This document shows positions 26,633 through 32,000 of a stretch of 32,000 bases of DNA, piece after piece (the first letter of the stretch is position 1; every line of letters begins with the position of its first letter). This DNA comes from Neisseria subflava (GTDB taxonomy: Bacteria > Pseudomonadota > Gammaproteobacteria > Burkholderiales > Neisseriaceae). The stretch covers positions 485,313 through 517,312 of the forward strand of contig NZ_CP073115.1 in assembly GCF_024205705.1 (NCBI RefSeq). The letters are read 5' to 3'. The notes under the pieces were generated by a model. It saw only the letters and a program-made list of their open reading frames with translations, was not told the origin of the DNA and searched no databases. A program made the position numbers and the translations under genes.

Positions 26633-27582
26633 TTAAATTGAAAAATCTTCCACGACCGGCGTGTACAGAATGCGGTCGACTACTTCTCTGGTCAGTTTCG
26701 GTGCAAACATCTGGATAAAGTCATACGCGTAACCGCGCAGGTAGGTATCCGAGCGTAAGGCTATCCAAGTGGGCGACGGTTCAAATAAGTGTGCCGCATC
26801 AATAAGCTGTAAATCTTGATCGACAACGGGATCGTACGCCATTTTAGCCATCAAACCAACGCCCAAGCCTAAGCGGACATACGTCTTCAGTACATCTGTA
26901 TCGGCAGCCGATAAGGCAACATCAGGTTGCTCAATATGCGCTTTATTAAATGTACGCGCGATGCTGCTGCCGGAATTAAAAGCAAATTCGTAAGTAACCA
27001 GTGGAAAAGAAGCCAAATCTTCAAGGCTTAAAGGATTGCGGCAGTCCAAAAGAGGGTGGTCGTGCGGAACAATGACGGCATGGTTCCATTCGTAGCAGGG
27101 CAGCTTGCCCAACTCAGGATGATCGTCAATGCGTTCAGTAATAATTGCCAAATCAGCTTCGCCGCTGCTGACCATTTGCGCAATGGCAGAGGGCTGCCTT
27201 GTTTGATGGTCAAATTGACCTTAGGGTAGTTTTTGACAAATTCCGCAACGATTTTGGGCAAAGCATAACGCGCCTGGGTATGCGTTGTCGCGATGGTCAG
27301 CGAACCGCTGTCATGATCGGTAAACTCGCTGCCGATATTTTTAATGTTTTGTACATCGCGCAAAATTCGTTCCGAAATTTCTAACACGGCTTTGCCTGGT
27401 TGCGAAACGGAAACCACACGCTTGCCGCTGCGGATAAAAATTTGGATACCCAATTCTTCTTCAAGTAGGCGGATTTGTTTGGAAATGCCGGGCTGGGATG
27501 TAAAAAGCGCATCGGCAGCCTCGGAGACATTCAGATTGTGCCGGTAAACTTCAAGGGCGTAACGTAATTGTTGCAGTTTCAT
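26633..27582 (-). pseudogene. cysB: LysR-family regulator CysB, split by a 1-nt frameshift (or an assembly indel)
   Basis: Two overlapping ORFs. The N-terminal one has MKLQQLRYALEV..HTH..IKQGSP and then runs out of frame. The C-terminal one has (SAIAQ)MVSSGEADLAIIT..LPCYEWNHAVIVP... The junction QGSP|SAIAQMV is restored by adding one C to the run at plus-strand GGG 27191-27193. Confidence 0.8.
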
Positions 27583-27883
27583 GGTAGCAGTACCGAATAC
27601 GTTGTTATTGTGGATTTTGTGCGACAAACGGCATGTAATTTAACATATTTTGCCCAGTTTTGCCCCGAGTTTTGAAAATGGTTGTTTTTAATGAAAATAT
27701 CTTTTAATGATATGAAAACAGGAAATTCAGGAAAGAAGAGGGAAAGGGGTTTTGTTGTTTTTGTACAACTTTAGGTAGGTGAATTGTCTGATTTTGCCCT
27801 AAATTAATGACACAAGATTGATTTTTCGGCATGATTAACTACTAGGAAGCAGGCACTTCATGATTGTTTGAAGGCATCGAGTA

Positions 27884-27913
27884 TTGACAGTTTGCCTTGC
27901 GCTTCTTTATAGT
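27884..27913 (+). promoter_or_regulatory. Putative sigma-70 promoter of rmpM
   Basis: TTGACA (27884-27889), 18-nt spacer, TATAGT (27908-27913), about 110 nt upstream of the ATG. Confidence 0.4.
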
Positions 27914-28024
27914 GCAACCTGATATATCCGATTTGCCGCTGTTTTGATACTGCGGCCTGTATATTGGTACTTTGCAGCGGTTGCTTTCCTAGTCCGCCGC
28001 ATAACAATTTGATGAGGGAATAAA

Positions 28025-28786
28025 ATGACCAAACAGCTGAAATTAAGCGCATTGTTCGTTGCCTTGGCTGCCTCTGGCACCGCAATGGCCAGCGAAGCGC
28101 ATACCAAACACGGTTACACCGTAAGCAGCCAATCTCAAGAAATCGTCCGTAACAACTACGGCGAATGCTGGAAAAACAGCTACTTCGACAAAGCTACCCA
28201 AGGCCGTGTTGAATGTGGTGATCGTGAAGCAGTTGCTCCTGTACAACAAGCTCCTGAGTATGTTGATGAAACTGTTTCCCTGTCTACTAAAACTCTGTTC
28301 GGCTTCGACAAAGACAACCTGCGTCCTGAAGCTCAAGAAAACTTGAACGCTTTGGCTCAACGCCTGAGCAACGAAAGCGTACAAACTGTACGTGTTGAAG
28401 GTCACACTGACTTCATGGGTTCTGAGCAATACAACCAAGATTTGTCTGAGCGTCGTGCTAACGTAGTAGCTAACTACTTGGTAGGTCGTGGCGTTGCTTC
28501 TAGCAAAATCTCTGCAGTAGGTCTGGGCGAATCTCAAGCTCGCATGACTGCTACTTGTGAAGCTGAAGTTGCTAAATTGGGCAAAAAAGTTTCTAAAGCT
28601 AAGAAACGTGCTGATCTTATCGCTTGTATCGAACCTGACCGTCGCGTTGATGTTAAAATCCGCAGCGTCGTTACTCGTCAAGTTGCTCCAGGCCAAACTA
28701 TCGAAGGTCAAGGCGAATTGCCTGCTACTGATGAAGGTTGGATCCCAGCTCCTTACAATGGCGTTCACGGTTACGCTAAACCTTAA
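28025..28786 (+). CDS. rmpM: OmpA-family periplasmic/outer-membrane protein RmpM (class 4 / PIII)
   Basis: [22 protein letters not shown]..., ..[25 protein letters not shown].., the OmpA-like motifs TLFGFDKD / [19 protein letters not shown], and [34 protein letters not shown]. All closely match my memory of meningococcal RmpM. Confidence 0.93.
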   Translation: MTKQLKLSALFVALAASGTAMASEAHTKHGYTVSSQSQEIVRNNYGECWKNSYFDKATQGRVECGDREAVAPVQQAPEYVDETVSLSTKTLFGFDKDNLRPEAQENLNALAQRLSNESVQTVRVEGHTDFMGSEQYNQDLSERRANVVANYLVGRGVASSKISAVGLGESQARMTATCEAEVAKLGKKVSKAKKRADLIACIEPDRRVDVKIRSVVTRQVAPGQTIEGQGELPATDEGWIPAPYNGVHGYAKP

Positions 28787-28800
28787 TCGGTTTGTGAAAA

Positions 28801-28830
28801 ATGCCCTGCAATATGCAGGGCATTTTTTTA
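28801..28830 (+). terminator. Rho-independent terminator of rmpM
   Basis: atgccctgca-ata-tgcagggcat followed by T7. Confidence 0.8.
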
Positions 28831-28873
28831 TGGTTTATATTGAAGAGTCGGGGAATTCATGATTCAAAATAAA

Positions 28874-28906
28874 AGGCCGTCTGAAAGACTTATTTTCAGA
28901 CGGCCT
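28874..28906. repeat. Inverted DUS pair
   Basis: aggccgtctgaa-agacttatt-ttcagacggcct, between rmpM and the convergent DUF4149 gene. Confidence 0.7.
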
Positions 28907-28920
28907 TTTATTAAGACAGA

Positions 28921-29349
28921 TTAGTTTGGCTTGGGCCATTTCCATACGCAAACAGCGGCGAGTATTGTACAAATCAAAAAGATGATACTGGACAAGCCGT
29001 GCCAAACGCCGAATGTTCCGCCAACTAGGGACAGCAGCCAGTTATCTAGTCCGTACTTGTGTGCCTCGATAACCGGCGTAACCAAAAGATGGTTGCAGGC
29101 TAAGAGTAGCCAAAGTACCAAGATCCACCAAGAAAGTGAGGCCAGTTGCCGTCTGAAAAAGGCATAGGCTGCGCCAAAAATAACTAAGCCACATAGTGCT
29201 GTAATCGCAAACAAAATGCCGGCAATTTCTCCTGCCTGCATTTTAGGTAAAAGACGGAATAGGATAGGGGCGGTAACATAGCCTGCGGTCAGCTGCATAC
29301 CGAGCCACATGGCGGCAGCGGTTTGGATAATTTTGTACGGTAGATTCAT
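28921..29349 (-). CDS. DUF4149-like four-TM membrane protein
   Basis: 142-aa ORF with four hydrophobic segments. The N-terminus WLGMQLTAGYVTAPILF resembles DUF4149. This is a family call from memory. Confidence 0.5.
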   Translation of the reverse strand: MNLPYKIIQTAAAMWLGMQLTAGYVTAPILFRLLPKMQAGEIAGILFAITALCGLVIFGAAYAFFRRQLASLSWWILVLWLLLACNHLLVTPVIEAHKYGLDNWLLSLVGGTFGVWHGLSSIIFLICTILAAVCVWKWPKPN

Positions 29350-29408
29350 TATGCTTCTCCTGGGAAGATTTCGTTTTCTTTGATTATGGTGTTTTTAGGT
29401 ACAACAAA

Positions 29409-29438
29409 AGGCCGTCTGAAAATGTTTTCAGACGGCCT
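29409..29438 (-). terminator. Inverted DUS pair downstream of greA
   Basis: aggccgtctgaa-aatgtt-ttcagacggcct, 10 nt after the greA stop. Confidence 0.7.
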
Positions 29439-29447
29439 TTTGTTTAT

Positions 29448-29924
29448 TTAAATATATTGCACGGCAATGATGTCATATTCACGCACGCCGCCGGGGGCTT
29501 GAACTTCTGCAACGTCGCCTTCTTCTTTGCCGATCAGGGCGCGGGCAATAGGGGAGCCAACGTAGATTTTGCGTTCTTTAATGTCTGCTTCATCTTCACC
29601 GACGATTTGGTAGGTAACTTGTTCTTCAGTTTCCAAATCTTCGAGTGTCACAGTTGTGCCAAACACGATTTTACCTTCAGCATGGATTTCAGCAGGGTTA
29701 ATGATGTGCGCCATAGAGAGTTTGTGTTCCAACTCGGCGATACGGCCTTCGATAAAGCCTTGACGTTCTTTGGCGGCTTCGTATTCTGCGTTTTCAGACA
29801 AGTCGCCGTGTGAGCGTGCTTCGGCGATGGCTTCAATGACTTCTGGGCGTGCTACGCTTTTCAGGTGTTGAAGTTCTTGTTTCAACAATTCTGCACCACG
29901 GACGGTCAAAGGGATTTTTTGCAT
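29448..29924 (-). CDS. greA: Transcription elongation factor GreA
   Basis: The internal ATG at 29924 gives [48 protein letters not shown], followed by the C-terminal FKBP-like domain. Confidence 0.93.
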   Translation of the reverse strand: MQKIPLTVRGAELLKQELQHLKSVARPEVIEAIAEARSHGDLSENAEYEAAKERQGFIEGRIAELEHKLSMAHIINPAEIHAEGKIVFGTTVTLEDLETEEQVTYQIVGEDEADIKERKIYVGSPIARALIGKEEGDVAEVQAPGGVREYDIIAVQYI

Positions 29925-29964
29925 TGAATTCTCCATGAAAGCATGATGATGCTTTTAAAATTTT

Positions 29965-30053
29965 ATCCGGCCACGAGCGGTAGCCGGATTGGAAATAAAA
30001 ATACAAGCCGCCAAAGCTTGGCGGCTTGATAAATAAGTAATGCCCGTATTCTA
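29965..30053 (-). promoter_or_regulatory. Putative greA promoter plus leader with two hairpins, the first terminator-like
   Basis: On the minus strand there is an extended -10 TGgTAGAAT (TAGAAT = 30048-30053). It is followed by a perfect 11-bp GC-rich stem (30004-30014 / 30018-30028) with the U-rich tail UAUUUUUAUUU, then a second 7-bp stem (29965-29971 / 29983-29989) before the greA SD. Confidence 0.4.
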
Positions 30054-30267
30054 CCAAATTCTGCCGAAACCGCAATGATTAAAACGGATTTTCAGTAAAG
30101 TGTTGTTTTCTGTCTATTTTGTTTTTTTTTCAGACGGCCTGAAAACTAAATATTGAAGTATTTCAAAGCTGCATGGGAAAAACAGTTTCTTAAATGAATA
30201 TTTTTAATTAAAATGTCTGATGCTAATTCGTAATAATTAGTCTGCTTTAACTATATAAAGAGAATAT

Positions 30268-31677
30268 ATGGAAACAAAACCAACTTCCCAAAATGAACAA
30301 CAGGCTAACCGCCGTTATTTGACTGTTTGGCGATGGCATTTTTATGCCGGACTTTTGGTTGCGCCGTTTTTAACCCTGCTCGCTGTTACAGGGTTGGGAA
30401 TGCTGCTATTTGCCAATATCACCGGTAAAGAAGGCGAACGCATACATGTTACGCCGCAGGCAGTGGTGCAGCCTTTGTCGGCTCAGGCTGAAGCTGCCAG
30501 ACAGTTTGTGAATCCGGAAACTGCCTCTGTGGTGCAATATATTGCGCCGCGCGCAGATGATATGGTTGCCGTATTTCGCGTAAACAATGACGATAAAGCC
30601 ACTATGGTTGCCGTTGATCCCTATACAGCAAAAGTTGTGAATACGATGCCGCGCGGGCAAGGCTGGTATCACACGATGGATGAAATTCACGGCGATATTA
30701 TGCTAGGGGCGACAGGTGACTACCTGTTGGAAACCGCTGCGTCGCTAACCATCATCATGATTGTGACCGGTATTTATTTGTGGTGGGTAAAACAGCGTAG
30801 TCTGAAGGCTGTTTTTTTGCCTAAAGCAGGCAAAGGTCGTTCTTGGTGGCGCAACCTGCACGGTGCATTTGGCTCTTGGGTTTCTTTGATTTTATTGCTG
30901 TTCTGTCTGTCAGGTATTGCTTGGGCAGGTATTTGGGGCGGTAAAGTGGTTCAGGCGTGGAGCCAATTTCCTGCGGGTAAATGGGGCGTGGAGCCTAATC
31001 CGGTATCTTCCGTACCAACCCATGGTGATGTGCTGAATGACGGTAAATCCAAAGAAGTGCCGTGGATTTTGGAGCTGACGCCTATGCCGGTTTCCGGTAC
31101 GACAATGGGTGAAAACGGCATTAATCCGAGTGAGCCGATGACGTTGGAGACGGTTGACCGCTTTGCGCGCGAAATTGGCTTTAAAGGTCGCTATCAGCTT
31201 AATTTGCCTAAGGGTGAGACCGGTGTATGGACGCTGTCGCAAGACTCAATGAGTTACGATATGATTAGTCCGACTGCGGATCATACGGTACACGTTGATC
31301 AATACAGTGGCAAAATCCTGGCTGATATTCATTTCGATGATTACAACTGGTTTGGTAAATTCATGGCGGCAAGTATTGCTTTGCATATGGGTACACTGGG
31401 CTGGTGGAGCGTATTGGCAAATGTCTTGTTCTGTCTGGCGATTATCTTTATCTGTGTCAGCGGCTGTGTGATGTGGTGGAAACGCCGTCCTTCGGAAGCG
31501 CGAGGGTTGGTTCCTCCTGCACAGAAAATCAAATTGCCGGTATGGTGGGCAATGGCTGTGCCACTTTTGATTTTGGCTGTGATTTTCCCAACGGCCATTG
31601 CCGCAATCGCTGTCATTTGGATTTTGGATACAATGTTGTTGTCGCGTATCCCAGCATTGGCAAGATGGTTTAAATAA
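30268..31677 (+). CDS. PepSY-associated TM-helix protein (PiuB-like iron-regulated membrane protein family)
   Basis: 469-aa ORF. The N-terminus WRWHFYAGLLVAPFLTLLAVTG and later motifs HG..G.WVSLILLLFCLSG and WWK.R are typical of PepSY_TM proteins. Confidence 0.75.
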   Translation: METKPTSQNEQQANRRYLTVWRWHFYAGLLVAPFLTLLAVTGLGMLLFANITGKEGERIHVTPQAVVQPLSAQAEAARQFVNPETASVVQYIAPRADDMVAVFRVNNDDKATMVAVDPYTAKVVNTMPRGQGWYHTMDEIHGDIMLGATGDYLLETAASLTIIMIVTGIYLWWVKQRSLKAVFLPKAGKGRSWWRNLHGAFGSWVSLILLLFCLSGIAWAGIWGGKVVQAWSQFPAGKWGVEPNPVSSVPTHGDVLNDGKSKEVPWILELTPMPVSGTTMGENGINPSEPMTLETVDRFAREIGFKGRYQLNLPKGETGVWTLSQDSMSYDMISPTADHTVHVDQYSGKILADIHFDDYNWFGKFMAASIALHMGTLGWWSVLANVLFCLAIIFICVSGCVMWWKRRPSEARGLVPPAQKIKLPVWWAMAVPLLILAVIFPTAIAAIAVIWILDTMLLSRIPALARWFK

Positions 31678-31694
31678 CCGCCCGATGTGATTAA

Positions 31695-31726
31695 AGGCCG
31701 TCTGAATCTTTTGTTTCAGATGGCCT
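31695..31726 (+). terminator. DUS pair hairpin (second arm degenerate)
   Basis: aggccgtctgaa-tcttttgt-ttcagaTggcct followed by tttt. Confidence 0.6.
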
Positions 31727-31847
31727 TTTGTATAAAGGTTAAAAGAGGTAGGGAGTTACGATTCTGTTTAAGTTTATATGTGAAATGGAGATGGTGGTTG
31801 GCTTGCAGGATTGTGTAAGAAAGACGAGGAGATATTGTATAAAAATA

Positions 31848-31877
31848 AAAAACCCACTTCATTGAAGTGGGTTTTTG
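31848..31877 (-). terminator. Rho-independent terminator of rplS
   Basis: aaaaacccacttc-attg-gaagtgggttttt, with a T-run on the minus strand after the stem. Confidence 0.75.
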
Positions 31878-31887
31878 ATGAAGGCTA

Positions 31888-32000
31888 TTAACCTTTGCGA
31901 GCAGGCAATTTTTCTTTAATGCGAGCTGCTTTACCGGTCAGGCCGCGCAAGTAGTACAGTTTGGCGCGACGTACGTCACCACGGCGTTTAACTTCGATTT
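31888..32000 (-). CDS. rplS: 50S ribosomal protein L19, C-terminal end (5' part beyond window)
   Basis: My minus-strand translation is ..[36 protein letters not shown], with the stop at 31888-31890. The [17 protein letters not shown] motif is the L19 C-terminus. Confidence 0.85.
   Translation of the reverse strand, partial: IEVKRRGDVRRAKLYYLRGLTGKAARIKEKLPARKG

Noticed and set aside
30221-30245. A Fur box upstream of the PepSY gene.
   Set aside because: By eye only about 9 of 19 positions match GATAATGATAATCATTATC in the best register. That is too weak to call without a matrix score. It is reported only as an unassigned dyad.

Overview
This window looks like a Neisseria chromosome segment. 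It carries roughly two dozen copies of the DNA uptake sequence GCCGTCTGAA, many as inverted pairs forming terminator hairpins. Almost all have the 12-mer form AGGCCGTCTGAA (AG-DUS dialect), which points to a commensal Neisseria rather than meningococcus or gonococcus. Neisseria-specific genes (laz, rmpM, minimal proQ) support the genus call.

Core genes, in order: anmK (partial), PiT phosphate transporter, proQ, aroC, secA, DUF721/DciA-like, laz, a hemerythrin-like gene, a hypothetical, dapE, ogt, argF, TraB/GumN lipoprotein, DUF1289, DUF202, hemN, fnr, cysB (frameshifted), rmpM, DUF4149, greA, a PepSY membrane protein and rplS (partial).

Accessory content:
- An IS5-family element (13033-14250) with perfect 19-bp inverted repeats and a 5-bp target duplication, inserted in the argF terminator.
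- A small AT-rich islet (about 15.6-16.15 kb) encoding a tiny multi-pass membrane protein.
- A roughly 7.6-kb AT-rich filamentous (Nf/MDAphi-like inovirus) prophage (about 16.6-24.2 kb), ending in an IS110-family DEDD recombinase gene.

The most interesting observations:
- The phage Rep gene is split by a frame change at a C5 tract that pairs with an adjacent G7 tract.
- About 210 nt of structured non-coding DNA precede the IS110 recombinase and are a candidate bridge/seek guide RNA for phage integration.
- An AT-rich cargo ORF and an unannotated 23-codon coat-like micro-ORF sit in the phage structural module.
- cysB carries a homopolymer frameshift.
- The greA leader contains a terminator-like structure.
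- Three variant (AGGTCGTCTGAA) uptake sequences bracket one gene.

No rRNA, tRNA or CRISPR array was recognised. All functional calls rest on my reading of the translated ORFs and motifs; no database search was run.
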